Shown here: positions 1-12,630 of the stretch, piece by piece
How the letters are laid out: the number at the start of each line of letters is the position of its first letter
Position numbering within the stretch: position 1 is the first letter of the stretch
Assembly: GCA_977030845.1 (NCBI GenBank)
Contig: OZ365114.1
Span: forward strand, 22,258,001 to 22,322,000
DNA length: 64,000 bases
Source of the DNA: Fimbriosthenelais zetlandica
Taxonomy: Eukaryota
Reading direction: 5' to 3'
The notes under the pieces: generated by a model
The model's input: the letters and a program-made list of their open reading frames with translations, nothing else
Database searches by the model: none
Told to the model about the DNA's origin: nothing
Position numbers and translations under genes: made by a program

Positions 1-1366
1 TATGATGTATATTAAAATGGAAACGTTCAGCATAGTATATAAGAATGATCAAGGAACCCCACCCACAATAATTTCTAGATATAAATATTATCTGGAAATG
101 CAAACCTTGGGCATGCAGGCATTGAGGGAAAAGAAGGGCAGATTGCACATTGAAAGTCGACCTTATTTTAGTCGGTCCACATTTTATCTAGCGATCGTAC
201 ATACGTTTTAATAAATTTGTTATAAGGATAGATTATTTAGATGAATGAAATTCCACTCCTATCACCCATCAAGTCGACATAGAGGACGATATATAGCTGA
301 TTATTTCTCATCACATAATTACATGTTGACGGGTTTATTATGTATTACTCAACTGTGTGCGATATGATCCAACAATAGTTACGCAATAATCGAAGAAAAT
401 AACTTCTAATTAAATAAAGTTTGAAAATGTTTTCAGCAACATATCAATACTTAAACACCCCTAGCGAACCCAAGATTTTTGTTGTGTCCTACTAGTCGAT
501 GTGTCCTACTAGAGTCTTTGGAATGTTAACACTACTTATAAATATTAAATTTAGAGGATTACATCCAAAGAGACGCTGAACTTTGGGCCTATCACCAACA
601 GACCTCGGGAACGGAATCGCTCTATGGTCAATGATGTTCTCCCACCCAATGGAAATACATTCTACTTTACAATAAAATTGATGAACCGTAGTTGACATTG
701 GCACATACATGGACATAGACTGAATATGGAATACATTCACCTCTCTGGGAAAGACGTTAACTAAAGTCACACTTTCTGGAAGATTGGTTTATCAGCAGAG
801 AATTGTATATATCATTAAACAAAAATGACGACGCCAAGTAGAATTAAGGCAATGATCTATGTTACATTATAATGTGTAAGGACTGAAAAATTAAGCACTT
901 CTTCAACTTATGGAACACAGTGTGATTTGAACACATTATTGAAGCGGGAAAAATGGGACATGTCAGAAAAAAAACGAGGAAAAAAGTCTAATTCTGATTA
1001 GGAAAAAACCTAGAATTTCAATATTTCCTCCATAAAATATTTTACAACAGTTAACCATCAATGTTACATGACCCTCATTTATCCAATTACTTTCGGAGGA
1101 ATCTCTTTTTCACCAATGGTTACAGTCAAATCTCAATTGTAACACAAGAATCTGCGTTGAAATCACATGAAGGCATGGGAAGAGAATCGGGAGGGATGGG
1201 CGCAAGGAATGCATCATGGAAACGAGCATGCATGAATGGTTTGGTGTCCTCGTCAACACAAGATTATAAGGACCCGATTATGGTATGTGGAGGGGAATAC
1301 ACAAATTATATATCTACAGGTTACTGTGTATGCACACATATACATGTATACACAATGATATACACA

Positions 1367-1372
1367 TTTATT
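1367..1372 (-). terminator. Candidate AATAAA polyadenylation signal for a ~3 kb AGFG1 3' UTR
   Basis: AATAAA on the minus strand with a GT-rich stretch downstream. No coding signal between here and the stop at 4434. Other sites are possible. Confidence 0.25.
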
Positions 1373-4300
1373 TACATTCATAAATACCAACAATTACTTG
1401 TAAATGCATGTCCATGAACGCATTAACGTAATCATGTTCCGCAATCAAAGTTCATCTGCTAATTCCATTAATCTAGAAAGTTCCCCAGGGGATATTTTCA
1501 GCAGGAGTCAAAGCCAATTAATTCCGCCTTTCATGTATTTATATAAAATAGCCAATCCTTATATGGTTAACCATGATTAGTAAGGCCAAGTTCAGTCGGA
1601 CCAGCACCACTAAATCTGGTCTAATTTTGGCTTTGATGTCCGTTTTCTATAGTTTCCATCCTCTAGGACGAAATGAGTTAGGGATATGTATCTTTAAGTA
1701 GAATGGATGAAGATTCGTTTTTTTTGCATCAGCAACTTTCCTCCCCCTACCCCTCCAATCACCTATAACTATACTAATCACTTACTATGAAAATACTGGC
1801 TTTATATATATATTAATGGGTTAAGCATTTATAGCGGCAAACACACAATACAATCAATCATACAAACCAGAAAATTCTCAGCTCAGACACACCTATACAA
1901 CCAGTCACTCACACAAGCACACATAGAGAAAGTGCAATCATTTTCACAGACGATAATGCAATAAGATCCAAGTCTAGCAGACCAACAGAAACAGCTGATA
2001 CAATGCTCATTTCCTTCAATATTATATCCACTGATTTCAGAATTCTCAAGTTTTGCCAATCATAGATATTAGACTGACTTTGAAGAACAATTAGAATGAT
2101 TATTTACGGATACCTACAATGCTGTCTTGAATGCATTCAAGATGGAAACCCTTGCCATGTTAAATATACCTATGGTTCGAACTGCTTGAACTGGTTATTC
2201 ATTAATTCAGTAATTTACATTGACGGGAGGGGAAAAGAACAGCAGTGGATATATGTCCACCTAGCATGGTCCACCAAAAAACTGATCGTATAAAGAATGG
2301 GTGAATAGTCATTAATAAGGTCACATCACATGTAGAAAACAAGCAACACAAGTCATCAAAACCAAGTCTCGGACGATCATCACCAGAAAATGCTCTATAG
2401 GCCAAACGCTGTCAGAAACGCTGGGTTTCCGGTAACAATATATACACAGCTTTTCCTAAACATATAGTGAATGATGCTGAATTCTGAACATGAAACAATT
2501 ATTTAAGACATGAATGATAAATAAATGATTACAAGTTGGAAATAGGTTTAAATGTTAGCAGAAACCCAACTTTCTGTCTCGGCCTTTCCAAATACTGCTT
2601 CATTCGAGTCCTCCTATCCCCTTATTACCCAAGTCGCATGAAAATCTAAGAGGTGGAACATGGAATGAAAGTTAACGATTCCGAACTGCCGCTCCCTTTT
2701 CTTCAAAATATCAATGGTCTCTTCTAATGAAAACAAATCAACTAATAACTTTCCAGAAATGCACCTAAATACTGATTTACGATTTGAACAAAATCGGTTG
2801 ATAGTGTTAACTGTTTTATCATGTGCTGGAGGAGAGTTGATGACAGAGTATCACATCCGTGTGTTATACAGTGGTATATATATGCCATAACATGGGTGAG
2901 GCTTCCAGAGATTCAACCAAGTGGGGAACCACGAGTAAGATCAGTTTGTTGGAAAGATCCTCAAGTATATGCCACTATGTAAGACACAGGAATGCTGGTC
3001 TGTCTTTATACCTCAACCGTAAAGGCCCAATTATCAGTGCATATCTCAGTCATGAAATACAATCATACAAAACGTGGATGTATTTCATGTTATACCGCGG
3101 GTAGGCTGGCTGTGGTATTAGATATACATGCCTCCTTCTCTCTAGTTGTATAGAACTACAAATATAACACAAACCTCACTCTCTGCTTCCCCAGTCTCTA
3201 TATATACTACACGTCTCTGTATTATGGTAGTTATCTCTCACACTAGTATTTAATACCATTACTTATATTGATCTAAACTGTGTGTGCAAAATATAAGATA
3301 ACATTGAGCATGAGAGTAAAAATCACCACCTTTTTACCTTCAAACCTTTACTTTCCTAACTATAGTTATGGATAACCAAAAAGTTGTTTCTGACAACTTC
3401 TTCTATCTGTTTTCCTTCCATGACTAGCCCCTATCTTGCATTTGTTCCCCCAGCCCGTATACAAAAATCGTTCTAATCTCCAGTTCTGGTCAGAGGAGGC
3501 CATATTTTAAAGTGAAAAAGATCTTATCTAAAAAGTGAGAACCACATTGCCCATAAACGTGCACAAAGAATGAAAAATATAAATTCAAAAGTTCCTTTTT
3601 GGCTTCTTTGTTCAAGGGTTATTTTCTATAACCAAGACCTTAAATAGGACAGGGGGCAGGAGCCGGGTAAGGGATTATTACTGAGTTATGTACGTTGAAT
3701 GTTTTAAGAAGAGATGCTTCAACCAAAATAGAGCTATTATACTTCTCACATTTTTGACTATTGATTTAAACCTCTGGTAGAAACTGCTGCAGTGCTGAAG
3801 TGGCCGGGAACCACGACTCTGGCGACCCGTTACTCCGACTCTGTCCCCTCTACTATTGGTGACCTGGTACCAATGTTATCAACCAAAAACGCAGTGGGAC
3901 ATGTTTCACAGAGGTACCATTGACAGTATAATCAAACTCACAACTTGGGACTACTAGAGGTACAAATTCCACAATGAGAAATCTAGAATCACCAATGACA
4001 CTTCTGAGAAAAAAGGCCTTTTTGAATGGTTCTTCGAGAAGGCTTGAATATATCCAGATGATCAATATCCTTTTAAAGAAATAGGTTATCACGAAATAAA
4101 ATTTGTACAATGGAATTCTATGCATTTTTCATCCTCATTCCTTTCAGTCGTACTCTGGGAGCACCTTTGACATTTATGAAGCCAAACAACGATCTCCGTT
4201 GTTCATTGTTATGAAGTGCTTTCCTTTCCCACAAGGCAAAGCAACGCCTCACCTTTTTCACTAGCTCGTATTTTTTCGTATTTTCCAATCAAGAGCACTG

Positions 4301-4433
4301 TTCCATCAGGCATTGGTTTACCTAGTGACGATAGTACATTCCACTGCCCTCTGTATACCCCCATGTAAGCTTGGATCCTATTGGTTGACCGCTTCATCAC
4401 ATGACCTGGGATGACGGGTCGCGCGGGTGTTCA

Positions 4434-4493
4434 CTACAAGAAGGGGTTAGTGGAATTGCTACGAGGTGGAATAGCCTGTCCTTGTCCCATGCT
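4434..4493 (-). CDS. AGFG1: AGFG1 terminal coding exon (SMGQGQAIPPRSNSTNPFL*)
   Basis: Acceptor ctcatcgacag; ends STNPFL then TAG TGA, matching the AGFG1 C-terminus. Confidence 0.93.
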   Translation of the reverse strand, partial: SMGQGQAIPPRSNSTNPFL

Positions 4494-7400
4494 CTGTCGA
4501 TGAGAGCAAAAAATTGATTACTTAGCGTAAAATCGAGATATATTTTGGTGGCACAAAACGCGCAAAAGAGAAGAAAGGAGTGGGGACAATATTTGAAAAA
4601 AAAAATCAACATTTAAAAGCAATGTATACCATGTAATATATCATACAAAGAAGGGTGAAGTTCTGTAAATTAGCAAGAGACCTAGAAAATTCTATATTAC
4701 CAATAGACATGGGAGATTCTATATGCTGGAGAGGGCAAAAGTGAGCTGTTAAAAGAAATAATCATTATAAAGTATTGAGTTTCTTACCATGAATGGATTG
4801 CCAGCAGGCTGGGAACCCCAGGAAGCAAAGCCGGCTGGCGCAGCTGCTTGTTGTGGCATGCCAAATGGTGGCTGTCCTTGTTTTTGTGCGAACTGTCCTG
4901 CAGGCATTCCTGCTCCTCCAAAACCTGCCCCAGCACCAAATCCTCCAACTGCTGCTGAATAATGGTGAAACAATAGGTCAATTATCATAACGACCATTTC
5001 CAGGTATCTTATACTTCTTACAGATATAAAGGGTCACAAAATAAACTATGGCAGAAGCAAACACCAATATATCAACTTTTAAAACTGGAATAAGTTTTAC
5101 CTTGACTAGGGAAGCCCCATCCAGCTGCTTGGTTGGCCCCGTAGATGCCACCTCCATTCTGCATGCCAAACTGGCCTGCTGGTGTAGCCGTGGACGTCTG
5201 TGTTTGACCAAAGCCTCCAAAGGCCTGGCTAGAGCTGGGTGTGGACGTCTGACCAAACTGAGCAAAGCCGCTGGACGTAGACTGCTGCATGGTGGCTGCT
5301 TGACTGAAGGCAGCGAAATTAGCTGGAGCGGGTTGACCCCCTCCACCCCCTCCTCCTCCACTTATAAAAGGGTTACTCACACTGGACGCCACAGTCGGCT
5401 GACTGCTTCCAAATGGATTAGACACTGGAAAAGACAAGGACAGTAAGATTTGATATATTAGAAAGACCAAGGCATGATTTAGTATGCCTAAATGTAGGGC
5501 ATACCTCAGCAGAAAGCAATAGAATGAAGTCAATAACTTATACTGATTAAATAGACATTTGGATTGATGTAAAAATAGTACAAGAGAAGCAGATACTTAG
5601 GTATAAACAAAATGCTGTACTGATAGCTCAATATAGGAATATAGATACTACTAGGGAGATTTGATCAGTGTTGGTTGGTATTGTTTTAGGTTAGAAATGT
5701 GACGGAGTTAACAGAATCAAGAGATGTTAATCAATACATCCTCTAACAGGGAATAACTGAAAGAAAGGTAATCCAGAACAGTTAATTATAAGTCATAGAT
5801 TAATGTCATCATCCAGTCCTCATGGTCCCCCTTTTTTTAAAACAAATTTAAGCAGCTAGATTCAAGGCAAACACAAGCTGCATGCATCAGTCCTAAATCA
5901 GTTACTAGGTGAATGATGTGTCAAACTGATCGGCCTTCCCAAACTAAACTTGCTTCTAACAAATCGTTCAAGCTTTTGTGCAGTTCAACAATAATAGGAA
6001 AGGCATTAGATATGACCTAGTGTTCCCCCATACGTCTAGTACTGTGGTTGGTTTCAATGCTATTTTGTTGGAGGTATGAGTTCTGTGGTTTGGAAAGGGA
6101 GCTAGTTTGTTAGTTAACTTTCAATTAGGAACGGGTTCTATTTTGGGTGTGTTTTTGTGGCAAACAAAGCTGGTCAATGACAACCATGCTGGTTGCCATG
6201 GGAAGAACAATGGTTGCCATGACAACATGCTCGTTACCTAGGAATGGATTATTGCTGGTGTTGGTGATTTGATCGGCCGAGTGAGACCTCCAGGGATCTG
6301 TTATGGTTCAGTGAATATACATGTGTGTTCACTTATAGAAATAAATATGTGGTTTCCACAATAAACGAAATCATTTCATAATGACTAGAAAAGTTACTCA
6401 AAAAATAATCAATGCATTCAGTCATTCAAGTGAATGTAAATAAACTTTAAATAGCAATATAAAGTATATCCTTCAGAAATGAACGTGCTCAAATATAATG
6501 TTGCCTGTCAACAATCTCTCAAACCTGCCGAGCTATTTCAGAGTATCCAATAACAGACAATTTTTTCAAGATTTTATGAAGTACTGGTATTTTTTGCTTA
6601 CCTGGAGCACCGAATCCGCCGGGCATGTTGGCCCCTGCTGGGGATCCAGCCACACCGCCAAAGACGTTGGTATTGACACCACCTGGAGCACCACCACCAC
6701 CACCAGCGGAACCACTTGGTGTACCGGCACCACCCATCCATGTCATCCCGGCCTGACCACCTCCCGCGTTACCACTGTTACTATGTGATCCAACTGTCAA
6801 AATACAAAGAGTGTTTCATGAATAAATTATGATTTAATAAATTATTCTAAAAATATAATTTATATTGCTCCAAGGGCTGTAAAGTTTTCTACGCATAATC
6901 ATAGTTTTCTGACGACTTTTCATCTCTCAGGTGAAAGGGTTGGAACATATAGAAGACACCCCAGGGTCTGATGAGGGAGGCTGTGAAAATGCGTTGGCCA
7001 GCCAAGGGTTTGAACCGCCAACCTTCAGATTCTGAAATGAGTTAGTGCTCTAAGAAAGCCTCCCCATAAAAAGCTTGATATGGCTATGAAGCTTGACGTA
7101 CCAATGGATCCATCCCAGTTGACTGTATGACCACCTCCGCTACCACCACCAAAGACGCTGTCCAGGTCAGCGAGGGCAGCGTAGCGGTCACCCTGACTGA
7201 GCACGGCGGGTGTGGAGGTGGTGGTGGCGGTTGATGTACTTAGTGAGGCAGTGAACGCAGGGAATGCTGGGCTACTCGAACTGGGTGCTGTACTGCCTAA
7301 AGCCTGGAGGAAAGCTACAAAAAAACAGATAAAAAATTAACAATATATGAGAAAATATACCCATATAATATCAAATGTCATTCAGAGCAAAAGGCGGAAT

Positions 7401-10400
7401 GCACAATTGATTTTTAACATTTATTTTATAATTTGATATAAGATGGTCTTACCTCCACCACTGGGTGCAGCTGGAGGACCAGGGAAGCCAGAAGGTGCCG
7501 AGCTACTAGGTGTCTGACTATTAAAACTGCTGAAATCAGCAAATCCTCCACCCGGAGCTACAAATGGCAAGGTCATTAGACATGAGACAAAAATCAAACT
7601 CCAACTAACAATCTGACAAATATTGGTCCTAAAAAACTTTAAATTTTACTTTAAAATGTCTTCAATTAATATTTGCTTATTTTAATTATTCTGGTAATAC
7701 TGTAGAATGTTGGGCTACACTTACTGGTGGTCTGGGCTGCTGGTGAAGGGTTAGCGAAGGGGTCATTTCCTAGTTCTCCCAGCAGGTCCGGTACACCAGC
7801 CTTGGAGGCGGGTGCTAGGTTACTGGGAGGCTGGGGTTGTGTGGGGGTCGTGTTAGGCTTGCTTACCGGCTTCTGTATGGTTCCTATTGGCTTACTGATT
7901 CCAGGATTCTGTGGGAGAGATAAGACATATTCAATACCTGGCCCCACCCCTCCATGGTTGTGTTATCAAATATACATTACTTTCTTCAATATGTCTTGTA
8001 ATTATGCACCCAAAATGACTCTCTATTTGAATGTTCCAAACTTTTTCAAATCACACTTTTTTTTTCAAATTTCAATGCACTCTGGCCACCAACATTCAGT
8101 GGCAGGCGGTAAGAGTATAGGCCATGGTCATCATCATTAGCAGGAGTCTGAGAATCATAACATGGGTGATTCATGATTATAGCCATGCAGGCATCAACAG
8201 GCTGGCCACACAATCCCGGCAATATAGTTGGACCTTAGCTCAATTTCAAGAAGTTCAACTCGAATGCAAACTTATGACATGGCACAAAATTAACAAAATA
8301 TGGTGATAAATGGAGTGAACTTTTTTCAGAAATAACATGGGAACTGTGGCCACCCTGTATCACATAGCTTGAAGGACGACAGCGTCCTGTGGTGGGAGAT
8401 CGTGGAGGGAAGAAAGCATGGAAGAAATGCTCAACACAAATGAGAGGAACAGCCTTCATTTCACCCAGTCACAAGTAACTCAACCTAACTTTAATATTCT
8501 ATTTAGATATTGCTGCATTTGGGGATCATATAATGTTCTAATGTCTATAATAATTATATATAAGTAAATGCATTTTAAGGATATTCACTACATATGAAAT
8601 TTAACTAAATCCAATGCAGACAGCTAGATAGCAGCTCAAGCTGTGGTATTTGTGAATGGGTGTCATTATGAATTTTGCAATGTAAAAGCTCAAATGTCTC
8701 AATACCCAAACTGGAATATAGAATACATACTCTCCGAACGAACCGCTGAAAAATGAAAGTTTTACTCAGTATTTACAATTTAATGTCTGTAGTATGGCCA
8801 AAACATCCCCACAACCAACACTCAAAATAACTTTAATGAATATAAAAGGTGTGAAAAGAATTCCCTCATAATAAATGTAAATCCTAGCACGTAGATGTCA
8901 TTGATATTATTTAAATACTGATTTTTGGTGATAATGAGTGCCCACCTGATTGAGGATTTTAAGACCAGGGACGCCATCTCCGGTGAGAGAGCGGAGTGGG
9001 GCTGCCGTCTCTTTCTTCTCGGGTGTGTTCTGTTTGCGCGCCTCTTCATGCATTGCTTCTGTCGGTGTCACATACCATCGCTTCTTCTCGTACTTCTGAC
9101 ACATAAAGTCTTTGATTTTCGTCTCGTCTTTTGAGTCGGGCTCCATATGTGATCGGCTGTCATAGAGGCCAAGCCAGACCCGCCGGCAGAACTACAAGAA
9201 AGACCACAAGTTAGTCACTCAACAATTTACAGGCGGTTAGACATTTTAAGCAGTAACTAAATTTCTTGCAACTTAATTAATATCCATAACCATCATAGGG
9301 TCAACTGAGAGTCAACCATCCTTAGAGCAGATTTTATGAAAGAAAAGAAATTATACTAACATCATTTCCTCGACTTCTTAAGAACTCCATTTCGTCTGTT
9401 GTGAAACTTGTCATGGAAATAGATTTGACCCGGTGAGGTGGATTTAATCCCCGCCTGAAATAATAAGACACACAGAGTTAATGGTAGGATCAAGGCGAGC
9501 ATCCTGTAGTCGACACAGAGTTAAATACACATCATTTTAATGGAAGGAACTAATGATCAATTCAGCTCATGATTATCTGGGTGTAACTTCATAAAACAGA
9601 CTAGACGATTTACGTCATTACAGGGAATATATATCTTACAATACAAGATTAAAAGGAGTTCAATTTCAGCTGTTGTAACACTACAATGATTAACAGAAGC
9701 GTTTAGGTAGTCAATTTATGCTAACACTGAAGATAAGCGGGGAAAGCCCCGTTCCAAAGATAATTAGCCTGTGGTGAGTTTTTTTTTGTAAAACTAAGTT
9801 CTCCACTTATCAAATTAAAGTAACAAGAACCGTAGGTTATCGTCCATGTATTGGAAGGCACAGACAGGGGGAAGTCAATTGAAAATTAATGTAGCATTTT
9901 CAAACACCTGGGGGCTTTGATACGCATTACTTAGTAATATGTATTTAGTAATATGGAATGACATCATTTTATGAATATTTTTCTATCCGTTTATATGATG
10001 TGACTGGTGACAGGTGATAGCTACCAGTGGCATGCATTGTATACAACAGAGAACTGCTCAATGTGATAGATAATATGGATGGCGATGCCCGTTTAGAATT
10101 ACCACAAGTTGAGTATAAAATCTGATACATTCTCCATTATGCAACACCCATACATGGTGCGTAGACAATATTGATTTTTTAAAATGACATCAATTTTGGA
10201 TTATTTTTTTGATAAAGCAATGGATTAATGATAATTCAAACTGACTTGTACAGTCAGCAAAACAAAGGTGAAGAGCAGGCCAGGGCAACACCCGATCAAA
10301 TCCTTCACCAAAATGGTAAATCCATTTTTCATCTAGCGTTTAATGAGACAATAAATCAGGATTTCATGATGGGGCATAAACTGCACTCATTTAGCCCTCG

Positions 10401-12362
10401 CGTGAGGAATAAATGACTCATATCCCTCACGATAAAACACGCCAATGTTGCTCATAGAAAGGCAGTCCAACATCGGATTCCTCAGCCAGAGCAGGTTAGC
10501 AATATCAACAATATTGTTCTGGGTGAACTTCATTCACTATCAAGTTACGAAGCAGGATTAAAAAATCAATATTTCTCAAATCTATGTAGGTCGCTAGGTT
10601 AATATATTCCGACCAGTTTATAGATCTTATATCGATAGTCTTTGAAATAATCTTCAAAATAAATTTAACTAAAACTATCAGGATTTGTAGGGGACTAACC
10701 TGATTTGGAATATTTGCTTATCATCAGTGGATTTCTTCAAGGACACAATGTTCACCATAGCATACAAATAGCCAGGATACTACCTACAAGGTCCTTGGTT
10801 AAAACTGTTATCAAAGAATAAAGATCTCATTTACCCCTGAGAAGTATTCTCTCCAGGAGGTGTTTAATGGGGGTGGGGGCGGTGCAGGAAGGGGGGATGG
10901 GGGCTACTATATGTGGCACTACTAGTGTTTGCTTTCACTGGACCACACATAATGTTAAATGTGACCATAAAGGTCAAACCTCGGTAATGAGACTGCTAAC
11001 TGGTTGGTCTGATAATATTCAGCCTTCAGTTCATAGGTTTAATAATAGACCCAAGATCTAAATCATCGGCTAAACAGGATAGATTTTAACAATATTTTTC
11101 TATCCATATCATCCACATTTACAAAGTCCACCTTTAATGAAATCTGGTCTTGAATATAACACATAAAGTTAGATTCTTCAAAGCAATGATTAAGAGGGCA
11201 AGGCCTTTGATATGTATATACCGTACTACCCATGTCATTGGAATCACAAATCAAGTATAAATAGGTCTCTATGTCCTCTGACTGTACCATTGTATTCAAT
11301 TCCAACCTGTATAAAGTTTGCTCAAATTCCACAGATCTGGAGTTTGTCTGGTGAACACTTTCAACTGTTAGGAGTAGATGTCATGTGGACTTTCATACTA
11401 TAAAAATTATAGGCATAGCCATAGTTATATGATCCAGATCATTCTACAAATGTCCTTGGCTTGGGGTATTACCTTTTTCAGGGGATTGAATTTAGAGTAA
11501 ATGTTATTCTAGGCCTAAGACTAAGTTTGAAATTTTTCCATTTTCCATTTATTATAGACCTAGGCTAGTCCTAGCCCTATAGATATAGTTAATCAAAATT
11601 AATTGAGAATGAGAGGGACATATATCTTCAAGAAATAAGAATAATGAACAACCATCCTTATGCTGCGAGCAAAGTCACATTAATGAGAATCATAATTATT
11701 TAGGAGGCAGGTCCTTGATTAACATCCAATGACAAGGACATAGGCCTACCCATGTTATGTCATAATCACAGAGGATCAACTGCGTTTCTTTCGTTACAAA
11801 ATTGATGCTAGCATAACCAAAAATGAAATTAAGAACATAAAATGAAGATTTAGGGGCCTAGTCCTCATGTGATTTGATTCTTGACTAAGGACAGCTGTAG
11901 CTGTAAAATGACATGTGTAATCTGGTCACAAGATGAACCCAGGGCTGTTATTGTTAACCCGGCAAATATCGTCCAGTGAAATGACCATAATAACCCAAGC
12001 CCCACCTTCGGCATTAATATATATATATATTTATGTGTGTGTGAAGTAGGGTTCTGTATGAACCGTCGGGACAGAGGGTACAAGAGAATACACAGCTGTC
12101 AATGTTCCTGTCAAAGACAGATTTACGCAAGGGCTGATATGGGTCAGGGGAAATAGGAATGGTAGAAGGCTGGGAGCCGGTCCCAATTTTATACTCACAA
12201 CATGCCGCTACAGGATGTACAGACGAAAGCTCCCGTCGTCATATTCACGTAAGTTGGTCCTCTCTGGTGACAGTCAAAACATTGCTTATTGTGGGCCAGG
12301 GCCACCATTTCCCGTAACATTTTGAGATGTTTTTCATCTTGCTTTCTCTTGTTTGCCGCCAT
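4434..12362 (-). CDS. AGFG1: Arf-GAP domain and FG repeat-containing protein 1 (HRB/RIP-like), whole gene, 11 coding exons, 602 aa
   Basis: Manual join: 12199-12362, 9361-9454, 8946-9191, 7725-7908, 7453-7557, 7102-7314, 6602-6793, 6238-6297, 5101-5424, 4788-4954, 4434-4493. Total 1809 nt, all GT-AG, phases consistent. ArfGAP motif CFDC-x16-CTSC-x4-R, then RGLNPPHRVKSISM, QKYEKKRWYV, DRYAALADLDSVF, many FG dipeptides, five NPF motifs and C-terminal STNPFL*, all typical of AGFG1. Confidence 0.95.
4788..4954 (-). CDS. AGFG1: AGFG1 exon 10 (AAVGGFGAGAGFG...GNPFM)
   Basis: Tandem CAG acceptors at 4949-4957, donor ATG|GTAAGA; one NPF. Confidence 0.92.
5101..5424 (-). CDS. AGFG1: AGFG1 exon 9 (VSNPFG...SNPFI...FG repeats)
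   Basis: Acceptor cttttccag, donor AAG|GTAAAA; two NPF motifs. Confidence 0.92.
6238..6297 (-). CDS. AGFG1: AGFG1 exon 8, 60 nt (DPWRSHSADQITNTSNNPFL), probable cassette exon
   Basis: Acceptor ataacag, donor TAG|GTAACG; open in the required frame; encodes DPW and NPF; symmetric phase 1-1. Confidence 0.7.
   Translation of the reverse strand: MPGGLTRPIKSPTPAIIHS
6602..6793 (-). CDS. AGFG1: AGFG1 exon 7 (Gly-rich FG region)
   Basis: Acceptor ttttgacag, donor CAG|GTAAGC; phase 1-1. Confidence 0.9.
7102..7314 (-). CDS. AGFG1: AGFG1 exon 6 (...GDRYAALADLDSVFGG...)
   Basis: Not in the ORF track. Acceptor ttttttgtag, donor TTG|GTACGT; conserved D(K/R)YAALA.LD motif. Confidence 0.9.
7453..7557 (-). 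CDS. AGFG1: AGFG1 exon 5 (TPGGGFADFSSFNSQ...)
   Basis: Not in the ORF track. Acceptor tttgtag, donor GAG|GTAAGA; FADF motif; phase 1-1. Confidence 0.9.
7725..7908 (-). CDS. AGFG1: AGFG1 exon 4 (NPGISKP...DLLGELGNDPFANP)
   Basis: Acceptor ctcccacag, donor GTAAGT; DLL..LG.DPF motif like vertebrate AGFG1. Confidence 0.9.
8946..9191 (-). CDS. AGFG1: AGFG1 exon 3 (FCRRVWLGLYD...KYEKKRWYV...LKILNQ)
   Basis: Acceptor ttcttgtag, donor CAG|GTGGGC; end of ArfGAP domain; phase 0-0. Confidence 0.93.
9361..9454 (-). CDS. AGFG1: AGFG1 exon 2 (RGLNPPHRVKSISMTSFTTDEMEFLRSRGND)
   Basis: Not in the ORF track. Acceptor tttcag, donor GTTAGT; encodes the ArfGAP arginine-finger segment. Confidence 0.95.
10560..11400. 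repeat. Probable decayed interspersed repeat fragments in AGFG1 intron 1
   Basis: Wording such as aaagtttgctcaaatt and tcaagttacga resembles the aaatttgg/accaaattt fragments seen elsewhere in the window. Family not identified. Confidence 0.2.
12017..12043. repeat. (AT)7 + (TG)n microsatellite
   Basis: Directly visible in AGFG1 intron 1. Confidence 0.8.
12199..12362 (-). CDS. AGFG1: AGFG1 coding exon 1 (MAANKRKQDEKHLKMLRE...CTSCSGML)
   Basis: ATG at 12362; ArfGAP zinc finger; donor GTGAGT at 12198; phase 2. Confidence 0.95.
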
Positions 12363-12630
12363 CTTGAATTTGGCAGTCACGCTCGGCCGTGATCGGAAGT
12401 GAACCCGAGCGTCTATGATGGGGAAAATAATGCACGTTTCCGACCCTTTTGCCTCCAAATTTTGATAGACGCCAAAAACTGATCAAATAATGGGAAAATA
12501 AGTGTCGATACGACAAGGTTAAAAGAAAAACCTCTCACGGCTGGCGCCGTTTCTCCGACTCGCTGATAGATGGCGCCATAATCTGACTTCCGGGATTGAA
12601 TTTTGTGGGCGTGGCACATTTCCCGCCACG
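12355..12630 (-). promoter_or_regulatory. AGFG1 CpG-rich TATA-less promoter / 5' UTR
   Basis: YY1 consensus AAGATGGCGGC over the start codon (12355-12365), CGGAAGTG (12394-12401), AGATGGCGCC (12568-12577), ACTTCCGG (12586-12593), GGGCGTGG (12607-12614), TTTCCCGCC (12619-12627). These are YY1, ETS, Sp/KLF and E2F housekeeping-type motifs. Confidence 0.7.

Noticed and set aside
1590-1680. Shared words with 24400-24500 (accactaaat, taggacg) suggesting a duplicated element
   Set aside because: The words are not collinear between the two loci.
4793-8140. Plus-strand ORFs at 4793, 5048, 6498 and 7727 (up to 137 aa)
   Set aside because: They are antisense shadows of GC-rich AGFG1 exons, with no independent splice or domain evidence.
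8085-8150. C/D-box-like words (ATGATGA ... CTGA) on the minus strand of AGFG1 intron 3
   Set aside because: The boxes are only ~35 nt apart, with no terminal stem or recognisable guide, so a snoRNA is not supportable.
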